Assembly (NCBI GenBank): GCA_050287845.1
Contig: JBNKCR010000025.1
Location: forward strand, 1-64,000
Direction: 5' to 3'
DNA length: 64,000 bases
Source of the DNA: Polyangia bacterium
GTDB taxonomy: Bacteria > Myxococcota_A > Polyangia > JAAYKL01
This document shows, in pieces, positions 39,509 through 50,611 of this stretch. The notes beneath the pieces were generated by a model. That model saw only the letters and a list, made by a program, of their open reading frames with translations. It had not been told where the DNA came from and ran no database searches. The position numbers and the translations under genes were made by a program. The stretch's first letter is position 1; each line of letters begins with the position of its first letter.

Positions 39509-42500
39509 ATGAAAGCTATTTTCGTATTTTCCCATCCCACATTGTTCCCAGTTTGGGACCGAACAGTTGCAGACCTGCAGCAGCAGGGCATCACAGCAGT
39601 AGTTACCAGTCAAATGGCAGATATGGATTGGGAAACATTTGCTGTTGAAGAGATAGCGGGCGCTGATGCAGTGTACCTGAATTTGAGCGGGCACTTTCCC
39701 AGTTTCAAGACACTCATCGCGGCAGCGAAAGGTCCGCCGGTTGTGGTTCCCGGGGGCGCAGAAACAATCGCAGCCATGACTGGTCAAGGCATCGTGAATG
39801 GTGATCTGTCTTTTGGGGCTGCCATTGAGGGATATATAAAATCGGGCAGTGCGTCAGATTTGGCCAACGCCGTAAAGCTTTTGCTGCACCATGCCAAAAA
39901 ATTGAGAGATGCGCCTCCAAAGCCAATAGAACCGGTGCTTTGTGGCATCTTCGACGAAAAGTCGAATCAGCTGCAAGAGGATGTAGCGGGTGCTATTGAG
40001 GATAAGCGGCAGTCGGTTGTTGCCCTGTGTTTTGGCCGCAGTCTCTATGTGGAAGACGACATGGCGCTGCCGGCTTTTGCCGCGAGAGCCCTTGAAAAAA
40101 AAGGCTTTTTTCCTCTGCTGATATTTTGTGACTGGGAACTGGCCACACAGTTTGGAAAAAGTGACACTCACCCCCTTCACCGCATCCTTTCAGCCTGCGG
40201 CGGTCAGCTTACCTGCATATGGAATGGACTGTTTTCTCATACCGGGGCGCATGAAGATAACATTTCCCCATTTGAACAGTTTGGTGTGCCGGTGTTTCAG
40301 GTGATTCGCAACTACAGCAGTACCGCTGAAGGATGGGCGCAAAGTTCAGACGGACTTTCACCCATGTCAGTTTGTTACAGCCTGACCCAACCGGAAATGC
40401 TGGGTTGTATTGAGCCCACAGTGCTGGCCTGCAATCAGCAAAAAGAGTCAAAACGGGTTTCCGGCAAAGTGAATCTGGCGGATGTGGTTGAAGACCGCGT
40501 GGAAACGCTGGCCGAACGCACCATGCGTTGGCACATTCTTTCCTGCAACGCGCCCACAGAAAAACGGGTGGCCATCATGTTGCATAATTCTCCCTGCAAA
40601 AGTGTCGAAGCCACTCTGGCAAGCGCCGCCGGGCTGGATGCCGCAGAAAGCGCGGTGCGTTTAATGCGTCGCCTGGGGCAGGTTGGGTATCGGGTGGATG
40701 ATATTCCCGAGAGTGGTCAGGCGCTTATCGAACTGTTTCTTGAAAGAAAAGCCTTTTCAGAGTTTCGCTGGACCGCAGTGGATGAAATCGTGCGGAAGAA
40801 TGGCGCTCTGGCTTTTGTGGATGCCGCGGAATACAATGATGATTTTTTAAAGTTGGATGTTGAAGTGCAGGCAGCGGTCAATGACGCATGGGGAGCATTT
40901 CCCGCTGAAGCGATGGTGCATTCCGATGAAACAGGGGCGCCATCCCTGGTGATTACCGGTATTGAATTTGGAAATATTCTGGTGATGATTGACCCCAAAC
41001 GAGGTTGTTATGGTCCCAAATGCGATGGGGAGGTGTGCCGTATTTTGCATCAGCCCGATATTCCACCTACTCATCATTTTCTGGCGACGTACTTTTATTT
41101 GCAAAAACACGTGGATGCCATTGTTTCAATGGGCGCGGAAAGTTCGGTGGAATACCTGCCAGGCAAGCGGGCGGGGCTCAGTAAAAACTGTTATTCGGAA
41201 ATTGCCCTTGGAACCCTGCCGGTTATATATCCATACATTGTCACCGCCACAGGCGAAGGGCTGATTGCCAAACGGAGAGGCAGAGGAGTGCTCATCGATC
41301 ATCTGTCTCCCGCGAAGAAAAAAGTGAGCGATTTTTCCAGTCGTCTGGACGAAATTGAAGATCTTCATCGGCAGGTACTGGCGGCAAGCACGGTGAACGA
41401 CAAAATGCGGCTTGGTAAAGCAGAAGAGCAGTTGCGACAGAAGTGTGTGCTGTCTAATCTGCTGCCGCCGGAACAGGACGAACAGGAGTTTAAAACTTTT
41501 TTTGAAATGCTGCCCGCCAAACTGTCCAGGCTACGAAATCGCAAGGTGGATGGCAAATCCCATGTCATGGGGCAAATTCCGGACGATGAAGCACGATTGC
41601 TTTATGAAGCCGAAGTTGAACAGTTCAGCAACACCGATTGGAACCGGGAATTATTCCACACATCCCTTGGCCGGACTGAAAATGAATTACACAGCGTTAT
41701 ACACGCGCTGGAGGGGAGGTTCATTGCCCCCGGCCCCAGTGGGCATTTGTCCCGGGGCAAAGTGGACACTGTTCCCACCGGCCGAAACTTCTATGGGCTT
41801 GACTTAAAAACAGTACCCACTCGCACCGCATGGGATGTGGGACATCTGATGGGAGAGCAATTACTGCAAAAGTATCTTAAGGAAGAAAATCGTTTCCCCA
41901 AAGCCATTGGCATTACCCTGTGGTCCAGCGATGTGTTTCGCTCCGAGGGGGAGTTAATCAGTCAGATACTTTGGCTCCTTGGTTGTGAACCACAGTGGAT
42001 GTCGGGTGGCAAGGTGAAAGGGATTCGTCCCCTTGCCCAGGATGAGCTCACCATGGAAGGTATTGATGGCAAAAAGATTTCGCGTCCCAGAATTGATGTT
42101 CTGGTGCAGATGAGCGGCGTGGTGCGGGACACGCTGCCGGTCTTTTATCAGATGTTGGATAGCGCTGTATTAAAAGTGTCTGAATTGGATGAATCCGATG
42201 ACGTGAATTTTGTTCGCGCACACATCCAGAAACAGCTCGCTGAATTACAGAATACCGTGGCCTCTGAAGAACTGCCGTTTCTCAAAAAGATGGCGGCAAA
42301 GCGGGTGTTCTCTTCGAAGCCGGGCAGCTACGGCGTCGGTGTCAATCTGGCGATTGATGCCGCCGCCTGGCAGGATGACGCGGATTTGGCGGAAGCGTTC
42401 ATTAACTGGACGGGATACGCCTTTGGCAGCGGAATGGACAATCAGAATGAGCAAATGGAAAACGCGGCGATAGCGCACTACGCCGGTTTATTGAAGTCAC

Positions 42501-43135
42501 TGGATGTGTCGTACCAGAAAGCGAGCGCAGCGGAATACGATGCCCTGTCGTGTGGGTGTTACTCCGGGTTTCAGGGAGGAATGGCCGCGGCCAAACGGGG
42601 TCTTGGCGGGGGGGAAACCAAACTGTACTGGGGTGACTCGGTCACCAGCGAATCACCGGAAATTCGCGACCTGTCTGAAGAGATTGATTTGGGATTTTCG
42701 TCACGCCTGCTCAATCCCGACTGGGTGGAAAATCAAAAGGAACAGGGATACCGAGGCGCGTTTGCGGTTTCCACCATGGTCAACGCCGTCCATGCATGGT
42801 CGGCGACCACTCATGTGGTCACCAAAGAACAGTTCGATGGCATTTGCCGTGTGTACGTGGAGAACCAGGAAAACCGGCAGTGGTTGAGAGACGCCAATAT
42901 TTATGCGTTTGAGGAAATCACGCGGCGACTTTTAGAAGCGCAGGCGCGGGGGTTGTGGCGGGCGGATACGCAGCAGCTGGAATCTGTACAGGCAGCTGCG
43001 CTCTCCGTTGAGGGCGATCTCGAAGAATGCATTGGCGAAACCAGCGGCGAATTTCAGGGGGGCAGTGTGGATATTCTGACCGCTGATCAGGTGGAGAAGT
43101 GGCAATACCGGTATCGTATTGAGAAAGACAATTAA
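39509..43135 (+). CDS. CobN/BchH-family chelatase large subunit, degenerate paralog
   Basis: SLTQPEMLG, PKRGC...CDGEVC, GPSGHLSRG...PTGRNFY, RPRIDV, SGVVRD; HxGxHG replaced by SMGAES. Confidence 0.88.
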   Translation: MKAIFVFSHPTLFPVWDRTVADLQQQGITAVVTSQMADMDWETFAVEEIAGADAVYLNLSGHFPSFKTLIAAAKGPPVVVPGGAETIAAMTGQGIVNGDLSFGAAIEGYIKSGSASDLANAVKLLLHHAKKLRDAPPKPIEPVLCGIFDEKSNQLQEDVAGAIEDKRQSVVALCFGRSLYVEDDMALPAFAARALEKKGFFPLLIFCDWELATQFGKSDTHPLHRILSACGGQLTCIWNGLFSHTGAHEDNISPFEQFGVPVFQVIRNYSSTAEGWAQSSDGLSPMSVCYSLTQPEMLGCIEPTVLACNQQKESKRVSGKVNLADVVEDRVETLAERTMRWHILSCNAPTEKRVAIMLHNSPCKSVEATLASAAGLDAAESAVRLMRRLGQVGYRVDDIPESGQALIELFLERKAFSEFRWTAVDEIVRKNGALAFVDAAEYNDDFLKLDVEVQAAVNDAWGAFPAEAMVHSDETGAPSLVITGIEFGNILVMIDPKRGCYGPKCDGEVCRILHQPDIPPTHHFLATYFYLQKHVDAIVSMGAESSVEYLPGKRAGLSKNCYSEIALGTLPVIYPYIVTATGEGLIAKRRGRGVLIDHLSPAKKKVSDFSSRLDEIEDLHRQVLAASTVNDKMRLGKAEEQLRQKCVLSNLLPPEQDEQEFKTFFEMLPAKLSRLRNRKVDGKSHVMGQIPDDEARLLYEAEVEQFSNTDWNRELFHTSLGRTENELHSVIHALEGRFIAPGPSGHLSRGKVDTVPTGRNFYGLDLKTVPTRTAWDVGHLMGEQLLQKYLKEENRFPKAIGITLWSSDVFRSEGELISQILWLLGCEPQWMSGGKVKGIRPLAQDELTMEGIDGKKISRPRIDVLVQMSGVVRDTLPVFYQMLDSAVLKVSELDESDDVNFVRAHIQKQLAELQNTVASEELPFLKKMAAKRVFSSKPGSYGVGVNLAIDAAAWQDDADLAEAFINWTGYAFGSGMDNQNEQMENAAIAHYAGLLKSLDVSYQKASAAEYDALSCGCYSGFQGGMAAAKRGLGGGETKLYWGDSVTSESPEIRDLSEEIDLGFSSRLLNPDWVENQKEQGYRGAFAVSTMVNAVHAWSATTHVVTKEQFDGICRVYVENQENRQWLRDANIYAFEEITRRLLEAQARGLWRADTQQLESVQAAALSVEGDLEECIGETSGEFQGGSVDILTADQVEKWQYRYRIEKDN

Positions 43136-43136
43136 T

Positions 43137-45128
43137 ATGATGCAAACGAGGGGAACACACACTGACATCTATCCGTTCGCCGCCATCGCCGGGCAGTCGC
43201 AGATGAAGCTCGCGCTGATTCTGAATACCATTGCGCCCGCCATTGGCGGGGTGCTCATTCGCGGACACAAAGGCACCGCCAAATCCACTGCCGTACGTGG
43301 CCTTTCACAATTACTTAAAAGTGACAATGGCAACGCACTGCTGACGGAGCTGCCTCTGGGCGCCACCGAAGATATGGTGGTGGGCGCCATCGATATGGAA
43401 GCCGCGATAAAAGAGGGAAAGAAAAAGTTCCAACCGGGAATACTGAAGCGCGCAAATGGGGGAATGCTTTATGTGGACGAAGTGAATCTGCTGGATGACC
43501 ATCTGGTGGAGTGCATTCTGGATGCTGCGGAAACAGGTATGAACCGGGTCGAGCGGGAAGGACTGTGCACTGCTCACGCTGCGCGTTTTTCGCTGGTAGG
43601 CAGCATGAACCCCGAAGAAGGCGAATTGAGACCTCAGCTGCTCGATCGTTTTGGTCTTGCGGTTCAGGTGGAAGGGGAAACCGACACTGCCCTGCGAGTG
43701 GAACTGATGCGTCGGCGAGAGCAGTTTGACAATAACCCGGGTGAAATCATTTCAGTATATAGTACTGAAAGTCGTAGTCTGAGTGAACGAATTGAAAAGG
43801 CGCGTGGCTTTTTACCCAAAGTGACTGTCCCGTCCCATTTGTTGCGCTTTATCGCCGAAATCGCAGAGGTAAACAATGTGGCCGGGCATCGGGCGGATTT
43901 GGTTATTGAACGGGCGGCCCGCGCCCATGCCGCCTGGTGTGGTCGTGATATTGTTTCTGTAGTGGATATTCAGACAGTCGCTCCGATGGCACTGCTGCAC
44001 CGAACCAGAGAGCAGGCACCGCCGCATATGCCGCCTTCGCCGCCCCCAGAAGCATCAGAAAACAACTCGGACGACAATTCAGAACAGGAAAAAGAGGAAG
44101 AGTCGTCTACAAAACCGCCGCCACCAGAAGGAAATAACGAAACGTCTCAAAACGGGCCTATGGATTCGAGGGACAATCAAGGCGCATCAGATGATGAGAC
44201 AACTGATAATGACGGCAATAACCCGGACGAGACGCCTGACAATAAGTCTGCCAGAAAAGAGGATTCCCCGGGGGACGAACATGTTTTCGGAGTGGGAGCG
44301 CCCTTTAAAGTAAAACCGCTTGTGTCGGATACAGACAGCCAGCGGCGCACCGGCTCCGGGCGTCGCAGTCGTTCGCGGTCTGCCAACAAGCAGGGACGCT
44401 ACATTAAAAGTACATCCCGCAGGCAAAATGGAGACCTGGCGCTGGACGCCACGTTGAGAGCGGCGGCACCTTTTCAGAAAAACAGACGGGAAACCATGGC
44501 GTCGCCAATGGCCGTACATGTTCGCGAAAGTGATATACGTGAAAAGATTCGCGAGCGGCGTATGGGCAACATTCTGGTGTTTGTGGTGGATGGGTCGGGT
44601 TCGATGGGCGCACATAAGCGCATGGTGGAAACCAAGGCAGCGGTATTGAGTGTTTTAATGGACGCGTACCAAAAAAGAGATCAGGTGGCGGTAATTGTGT
44701 TTCGGGGAAAAGACGCAAGTGTTGCCCTGCCCCCAACCAGTTCGGTTGAACTGGCCAGTAGAATGTTGACCGATATGCCCATTGGCGGCAGGACGCCACT
44801 TTCCGCAGGAATTGGAAGGATGTCGGATTTACTGACACAGATTCATCGCAAAAATCCGCTTGCCCGGCCTATCGCGATTCTGCTGACAGATGGGAAAGCC
44901 AACGCCGCACTCGGCGTGGGTCCGGCACATCTGGAAGCGATTGCCATGGCGAAAAAAGTGGCGCAGCACCATAGCGATGTGCGTTTCATTGTGGTGGATA
45001 CGGAGTCTCCGGGGGCGATTCGTCTGCGACTGGCGCAGAAGCTGGCGTCTGCATTGAACGCCAGTTACTTCGAACCAGAAAATTTGCGCGCAAAAGAAAT
45101 TGTCAATGTCATTAAGGAGATTGTGTAA
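43137..45128 (+). CDS. Chelatase medium subunit ChlD/BchD-like (AAA+, acidic/Pro linker, vWA)
   Basis: [54 protein letters not shown]. Confidence 0.92.
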   Translation: MMQTRGTHTDIYPFAAIAGQSQMKLALILNTIAPAIGGVLIRGHKGTAKSTAVRGLSQLLKSDNGNALLTELPLGATEDMVVGAIDMEAAIKEGKKKFQPGILKRANGGMLYVDEVNLLDDHLVECILDAAETGMNRVEREGLCTAHAARFSLVGSMNPEEGELRPQLLDRFGLAVQVEGETDTALRVELMRRREQFDNNPGEIISVYSTESRSLSERIEKARGFLPKVTVPSHLLRFIAEIAEVNNVAGHRADLVIERAARAHAAWCGRDIVSVVDIQTVAPMALLHRTREQAPPHMPPSPPPEASENNSDDNSEQEKEEESSTKPPPPEGNNETSQNGPMDSRDNQGASDDETTDNDGNNPDETPDNKSARKEDSPGDEHVFGVGAPFKVKPLVSDTDSQRRTGSGRRSRSRSANKQGRYIKSTSRRQNGDLALDATLRAAAPFQKNRRETMASPMAVHVRESDIREKIRERRMGNILVFVVDGSGSMGAHKRMVETKAAVLSVLMDAYQKRDQVAVIVFRGKDASVALPPTSSVELASRMLTDMPIGGRTPLSAGIGRMSDLLTQIHRKNPLARPIAILLTDGKANAALGVGPAHLEAIAMAKKVAQHHSDVRFIVVDTESPGAIRLRLAQKLASALNASYFEPENLRAKEIVNVIKEIV

Positions 45129-46159
45129 TGCATCATCAAACATTTATAGCGGACAGGCCCAGTTTTCCATTTTCCGCCATCGTTGGCCAGGACAGGTTGA
45201 AAATGGGATTGTTTTTAAATGTCATCAACCCGACCATCTCCGGGCTTTTAATACGTGGAGAAAAAGGTACCGCCAAATCAACCGCGGTTCGCGCGCTGGC
45301 AGATATTTTGCCATATATTGAAGTCGTCAAAGGATGCCCCTTTCAATGCGACCCCAATGCGAAGGCGTCACTTTGCTTTCAATGTCAAAGCCGTGTGGCA
45401 AAGGGCGAAACACTGGAATCAGTGATGCGAAAGGTAAAGGTGGTGGAATTGCCTTTGTCGGCGACGGAAGACCGCGTGGTGGGAACGTTGAATATGGAAC
45501 ACGCTTTAAAACATGGAGAAAAAAAGTTTGAGCCGGGTATTCTTTCGGCAGCGCATCGCGGCATTCTGTATATTGATGAAGTCAATCTGCTGGATGACCA
45601 CGTGGTGGATGTATTGCTGGATTGTGCAGCTATGGGGGTGAATACCGTGGAACGTGAAGGTATCAGTTTTTCCCATCCCGCGAAATTCACCCTGGTGGGC
45701 ACCATGAATCCTGAAGAAGGCGAGCTTAGACCGCAATTGCAAGACAGATTTGGTCTTTGTGTTCAGGTGGAGGGAATCACAGACCCACACCAGCGTGTGG
45801 AGATTGTGAAACGCCGCGCCGCTTTCGAGGTGGACCCCGTCGGTTTTTCCAAACAATTTGAAACCGAATCAGTTGAGTTGTCACAGCAGATTGACGCGGC
45901 GATACAAATCTATGATGATGTGGAGGCGGACGACGACATTCTGTTTGAGATTGCGCGCCTGGCTATCGAAGCTGGGGTGGATGGTCACAGAAGTGACATT
46001 GTTATGCTCAAAACCGCCAAGGCGCTTACCGCGTTCCACAGTAAAAAACAGGTCAGCATGGACGAAGTGGCAGAGGCCGCGTTGCTGGTGCTTCCCCATC
46101 GCATGCGCCGCCTGCCGTTTGAGGATGTACTGAATATGGGGTCCAGGAAAGTCGGGTAG
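45128..46159 (+). CDS. Chelatase ATPase ChlI/BchI-like
   Basis: [48 protein letters not shown]. Confidence 0.93.
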   Translation: MHHQTFIADRPSFPFSAIVGQDRLKMGLFLNVINPTISGLLIRGEKGTAKSTAVRALADILPYIEVVKGCPFQCDPNAKASLCFQCQSRVAKGETLESVMRKVKVVELPLSATEDRVVGTLNMEHALKHGEKKFEPGILSAAHRGILYIDEVNLLDDHVVDVLLDCAAMGVNTVEREGISFSHPAKFTLVGTMNPEEGELRPQLQDRFGLCVQVEGITDPHQRVEIVKRRAAFEVDPVGFSKQFETESVELSQQIDAAIQIYDDVEADDDILFEIARLAIEAGVDGHRSDIVMLKTAKALTAFHSKKQVSMDEVAEAALLVLPHRMRRLPFEDVLNMGSRKVG

Positions 46160-46167
46160 AAACGCGC

Positions 46168-48141
46168 GTGACAGGTTTTCTGAAAAGTGTTTTTCGGCAT
46201 GAAATCGTAGGGGCGGGTCTCTGTGTCCGCCCTGTTTCAAATGCTGGGCACCCACAGGGAGGCGCCCCTACCATGATATTGGTATTCGCGTTTCTTCTCT
46301 TTTCTGCCTGCGCCTGCTCTCCCAGACCCAGGGTCACATCCCAGACCCTTTCCGCCCAGTTTGAATTGCCGGGGGTTTTAAAAGTAATAAATGCAATAGA
46401 CGTTAAGAGTGTGGCTGTTAAAAATGCAACTGGCCAAACAGTGGCAAAGGTGTTCACCTTTGGCAGGACTGACTTTGAAATACGATTCGATTGGCAGGTC
46501 CGTCAGACGTACACAGTGGTCCCCAGTTCCGGCAGGGCTATTACCATTACATCGCCAAAGCAAAAACCGGAGTTCGCCCTGCGTATTCATGCGCCGCTGG
46601 GTCAGAACCGGTATGACTATTTTTTATCGTCTCTAAAGGATGCCTCAGTGCCATCTCCCATTGCCATCCAGGCCGACAAAGGGGAGAACGTCGATATTTT
46701 AATAGAAGTCGAAAAGCTATCGGGCGAACGACCCATTGTACTGAATGTCTCTTTGATATCCACTGGGATGTCCGATGGTGGGCCTGATGGCAATGCTCCC
46801 CATGACGCCCTGCTGTCCCCTGCCATAAATAGCAAAAGCGCAACATTGCGGTTTGAGTTTGACAAAGCCATTTGGCAAAGCCGATTGTCGCTGAAAAAGG
46901 GGTTACCCGGCAACATGGCATTTATAGCGCTGGAGCGAAATGGTCAGCCGTTTAAAGTGCCTGTGGTGGTTACCCAAAGAGATGCAGATGCATCCACAGT
47001 CGTGGTAAAAAACTGGGAAATGCCTGTGGACGCATTGGGTCTTTACCAGCCCCAAAGGTTGCCAGAGCAAATTGCACTGCCCAATCCGGTGTGGCACAGA
47101 ATTGGCACCTTTTTCAACGTACAGACCGAACAGATTAACTTTTTCGAACCGTTTGTTTATCAGCGACTGGATATTGAAAACAAACAGGTATATCCCCTCA
47201 ACCTTCTGTTAAAAAGCAAAGTGGTGGATGAGCGTACCGGCAAAGGGATAAGCTGGTTTTCAGCGCCTGATTTTTCGATGAGCAAGGGCTCTAAAAAAAA
47301 TGAGGGGATTTTGGGATACTGCCAGATTCCGGCCCAATCCAAGGGAAACTGCGTTTTACCCATTTATATGAAACCCGACACACCTGCCGGTACCTACACT
47401 CGTCAAATCGAAGTGTATCCTACGGGGTCAAGCAGGCGTATAAAGCTAATCAAAAAACCATTCAGCGTGGTTCGGTCTAACTCGCTACTGTCGTTTTGGC
47501 TCGTAATGGTAGTTATCATCAGTCTGGGATGGCTCGGAATAACGATTGTTTTTCACAGACGAATGGTCAATCGTTTCGGTGTCCGTCTCCTTGTGTTGAT
47601 TTCACTTCTGGGCGCCATACAGTTTTGTCTGGAATTTGGCAGTCGTCTGATGTCCACGGCGTTGCACGCTTTTTTAGGACCGTTCAACTGCCTCGTTGGC
47701 GGGCTTCTCTCTGAAGTGGTGACGTATCTGATTATTACCTCAGTGCTGCATCTTTCGCCCCGAGTGGGGACCATCACCCTTGCCGGTATCATCAGCTATT
47801 TGATGGGCGGCATCTTGTTTGGTTCTTTTGGGCTCACTGACATTTTGTTTACGGGATCCACTATCGCATTTCGAGAAATACTGTTGTTTTCAATGGGGGT
47901 TACCAAAATGACGCCTTCTGTGGATTATATTCCCCCCATCGTTCCTATGATGTTCGCCCTTGGCATGGCGGACGCCATGAGCACGTTCACATCTCTTACG
48001 CTCCACGCCGTGTTTTATCGATTGTTTTACGCCGACTGGTACATCGCTTTGAATGTGGTGGTCACCGGATTCCTTTACACGGTGATTGGTGTCTTCTGGG
48101 GACGAAAACTGGGGCGCAATCTGCGCAAGGTGCATGCATGA
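46168..48141 (+). CDS. Membrane protein: large extracytoplasmic N-terminal region plus about 7 C-terminal TM helices (putative ECF substrate-binding component); start 46168 or 46273
   Basis: Hydrophobic signal/lipobox-like FSACAC; hydrophobic last ~220 aa; stop overlaps the ECF ATPase start. Confidence 0.65.
   Translation: MTGFLKSVFRHEIVGAGLCVRPVSNAGHPQGGAPTMILVFAFLLFSACACSPRPRVTSQTLSAQFELPGVLKVINAIDVKSVAVKNATGQTVAKVFTFGRTDFEIRFDWQVRQTYTVVPSSGRAITITSPKQKPEFALRIHAPLGQNRYDYFLSSLKDASVPSPIAIQADKGENVDILIEVEKLSGERPIVLNVSLISTGMSDGGPDGNAPHDALLSPAINSKSATLRFEFDKAIWQSRLSLKKGLPGNMAFIALERNGQPFKVPVVVTQRDADASTVVVKNWEMPVDALGLYQPQRLPEQIALPNPVWHRIGTFFNVQTEQINFFEPFVYQRLDIENKQVYPLNLLLKSKVVDERTGKGISWFSAPDFSMSKGSKKNEGILGYCQIPAQSKGNCVLPIYMKPDTPAGTYTRQIEVYPTGSSRRIKLIKKPFSVVRSNSLLSFWLVMVVIISLGWLGITIVFHRRMVNRFGVRLLVLISLLGAIQFCLEFGSRLMSTALHAFLGPFNCLVGGLLSEVVTYLIITSVLHLSPRVGTITLAGIISYLMGGILFGSFGLTDILFTGSTIAFREILLFSMGVTKMTPSVDYIPPIVPMMFALGMADAMSTFTSLTLHAVFYRLFYADWYIALNVVVTGFLYTVIGVFWGRKLGRNLRKVHA
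46207..46271. repeat. GTAG-type REP doublet
   Basis: GTAGGGGCGGGTCTCTGTGTCCGCCC...GGGCACCCACAGGGAGGCGCCCCTAC. Confidence 0.75.
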
Positions 48142-49745
48142 TTCACATTAAAAACCTTTCGGTGACATACCCAGTCCAGAGCCATCCGGTGCTGACGCAG
48201 ATAAATGTTCGCATTGAAAGAAACGAATTTGTGCTCATTTGCGGACCGAGCGGTTGTGGTAAGTCTTCGCTGATGCTGTGTATGAATGGCATTATGCATC
48301 ATGCGACAAATGCAAAAGTTGAAGGCGCCGTCAGTCTAAACGGAACCGACATCAAAGAGTATTCATTGCCAAACATTTGCCGGGTTGCCGGCAGCGTGTT
48401 TCAAAATCCGGCCGTTCAGCTGTGTACATCCGTGGTGGAAACCGAAGTGGCATTTGGACTTGAGAATCTTAATACGCCACGTCGGCTGATGGAAAAGCGC
48501 ATTCACCATGCGCTCGAGTTGACGGGGTTAAAGGAGATGCGCCGCCACAAAGTCCATGAGCTGTCCGGTGGTCAGCAACAGCGGCTGGCCATTGCCTGCG
48601 CCCTTGCGCTGGAGCCACAGGTGTTGCTGCTGGACGAGCCCACAAGTCAACTGGACCCAATGGGGGCAAAGGATATTCTTGAAATCATCTCACGTTTAAA
48701 AGACGCCAGCGAACTGACGGTGGTTGTTATAGAACATCGACTCGAAATTCCCCTTCGACTGGCGGACAGAGTGCTCATTATGGATAGAGGTAGCGTCCTT
48801 CGTGACACTACGCCTTTTGAGGTGCTCAAAGACTCGAAAGTATTTCGCAGGCTGGGGCTGCATGCGCCTTCTTTGCCAGCCCTTTTCGAAAAACTGGGAC
48901 GCGCTGAACGTCCGGTTCTAGCGAAGGATGCCCCACCGATTAAACTGGTAGGACTACCAAAGAATAATGTCGTACCGCTGCATTCGCACATGCTGTTATC
49001 GGTAAATGCATTGCAGTTTACCTATCCCAGGGCCAATGCACCTGTGCTTCGCAACATATCTTTCGAGATTTACAGGGGGGATCGCATTGCACTGATGGGC
49101 GCCAATGGTGCCGGCAAATCAACTCTCCTCCACCTGCTTTCGGGGACATTGAAGCCGGATAGAGGAAAAATCTTTGGGGAGAACGGGGCGCGTCCTGTAA
49201 CCGGAATGATTTCGCAAAACCCCGATGTGATGTTGTTTTCAGAAACGGTTGAACAGGAGATTGCGTTTGCGCCATCGCAACGGGGTGAACACGGCGAAAC
49301 GCTTGATCTGCGCATGGAAGATGTTTTGTCCAGGTTTTCTTTGTCTTCTCTTAAACACCGTGCTCCATTTACGCTTTCGAGGGGCGAGCGACAGAGAACG
49401 GCTGTGGGTTCTGTGATGACGCTGGATGCGCCGCTGGTTCTGCTGGATGAACCCACAACCGGTCAGGACAGGGCGCGGATTGAAAAAATGATGGATGCGA
49501 TTGTTTCCCATTCAAACGCCATTGTTTTTTCAACCCACGATATTGAAATGGCGTTTCATTTTGCCAATCGCATTATTCTTCTGTGCGGCGCTTATATCTC
49601 TGCGATGGGTCCGCCGGACGAAGTGCTTAAACAAGTGGATGTGTTGGCCCATGGCGGGGTTTGTCTTACCCAGCTGCAACAGTTTTCCATCGCAAACGGG
49701 CTGAGACTTTTTCATATTGATGAAATGGTGGAGGGGGCTGGATGA
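48138..49745 (+). CDS. ECF transporter duplicated ATPase (EcfAA')
   Basis: GPSGCGKS, FQNP, EVAFGLEN, LSGGQQQR, LDEPTSQLD; second GANGAGKS, LSRGERQR, LDEPTTGQD. Confidence 0.93.
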   Translation: MIHIKNLSVTYPVQSHPVLTQINVRIERNEFVLICGPSGCGKSSLMLCMNGIMHHATNAKVEGAVSLNGTDIKEYSLPNICRVAGSVFQNPAVQLCTSVVETEVAFGLENLNTPRRLMEKRIHHALELTGLKEMRRHKVHELSGGQQQRLAIACALALEPQVLLLDEPTSQLDPMGAKDILEIISRLKDASELTVVVIEHRLEIPLRLADRVLIMDRGSVLRDTTPFEVLKDSKVFRRLGLHAPSLPALFEKLGRAERPVLAKDAPPIKLVGLPKNNVVPLHSHMLLSVNALQFTYPRANAPVLRNISFEIYRGDRIALMGANGAGKSTLLHLLSGTLKPDRGKIFGENGARPVTGMISQNPDVMLFSETVEQEIAFAPSQRGEHGETLDLRMEDVLSRFSLSSLKHRAPFTLSRGERQRTAVGSVMTLDAPLVLLDEPTTGQDRARIEKMMDAIVSHSNAIVFSTHDIEMAFHFANRIILLCGAYISAMGPPDEVLKQVDVLAHGGVCLTQLQQFSIANGLRLFHIDEMVEGAG

Positions 49746-50611
49746 CGGCTTTTATTGGAAGCAATTCTCATTCCCTGATAGGGCGTTTGAATGTGCGTTT
49801 AAAGCTGGCGCTGGGTTTCAGTATATCGATGATGGCGATAGCTGTGGATAGTCTCTACTTTTTAACCGGTTTAATGCTGGCCGGCGCTTTGATTTTTATT
49901 GCAACCATGCCTTCCCGTGTGCAGGTGCGGCTGATTGTGCTGCTGTGCCTGCTGATTGTGTGGGGCGCCATGTTCAGTCAGGCGATTTTTTACAACCGGT
50001 TTCCAAGGGATGTCCTGTTTACAATTATCGAACCCAATACCATGTTCAGCGGCGGGCTTCATGTGTATCATCAGGGCATCTATTATGGCGCAGTTCAATC
50101 TTTTCGGATGGTCGCCGTGTTGCTGACAGGTTATGCCATCTGTTTTTCAACCAGTGATGAGCAGTTTTTACGTGGCTTTGTGGCGTTAAAAATTCCCTAC
50201 GCTATTTCATTTATGGCGGTTTCTGCAATTCAGTTTGTGCCGGTCGCGGTGGCGGAGTTTCGTCAGGTGCGTACGGCGATGAGACTCAAAGGATATCGAC
50301 CTTTTAAAACGGGTTTTCGCGGCACATTAAAAACAGAGCTGGGAGCACTTGGAACGATGCTGGCCGGCGCCATCCGTCATTCGGAGGAAAAAGCAGTATC
50401 TATTTTAACGCGGGGATTCAGTGTGAATGGCGTTCGGTCATCCTTCCGGGAAGACACGTTGAGTATAAAGGAAAAAGTCGCTATATCTACAATGTTGTCA
50501 GTGGTTGGTGGCATTGTGGCAATGCGGGTGCTGTTCTGGTGCTATCAGTACCAGTTGATTTATATGCCCGAACTTCGGTGGGTGTATGGCTTTGTGAGGA
50601 ATTGGTTGTGA
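49742..50611 (+). CDS. ECF transporter T component (CbiQ/EcfT)
   Basis: TM helices; QVRTAMRLKG and SILTRGF correspond to the two ARG-like coupling motifs. Confidence 0.85.
   Translation: MTAFIGSNSHSLIGRLNVRLKLALGFSISMMAIAVDSLYFLTGLMLAGALIFIATMPSRVQVRLIVLLCLLIVWGAMFSQAIFYNRFPRDVLFTIIEPNTMFSGGLHVYHQGIYYGAVQSFRMVAVLLTGYAICFSTSDEQFLRGFVALKIPYAISFMAVSAIQFVPVAVAEFRQVRTAMRLKGYRPFKTGFRGTLKTELGALGTMLAGAIRHSEEKAVSILTRGFSVNGVRSSFREDTLSIKEKVAISTMLSVVGGIVAMRVLFWCYQYQLIYMPELRWVYGFVRNWL

Noticed and set aside
43137..45128. Programmed frameshift in chlD producing ChlI (known in some cobalt chelatase loci)
   Set aside because: The chlD frame is continuous and a separate chlI follows; no evidence of a required shift.
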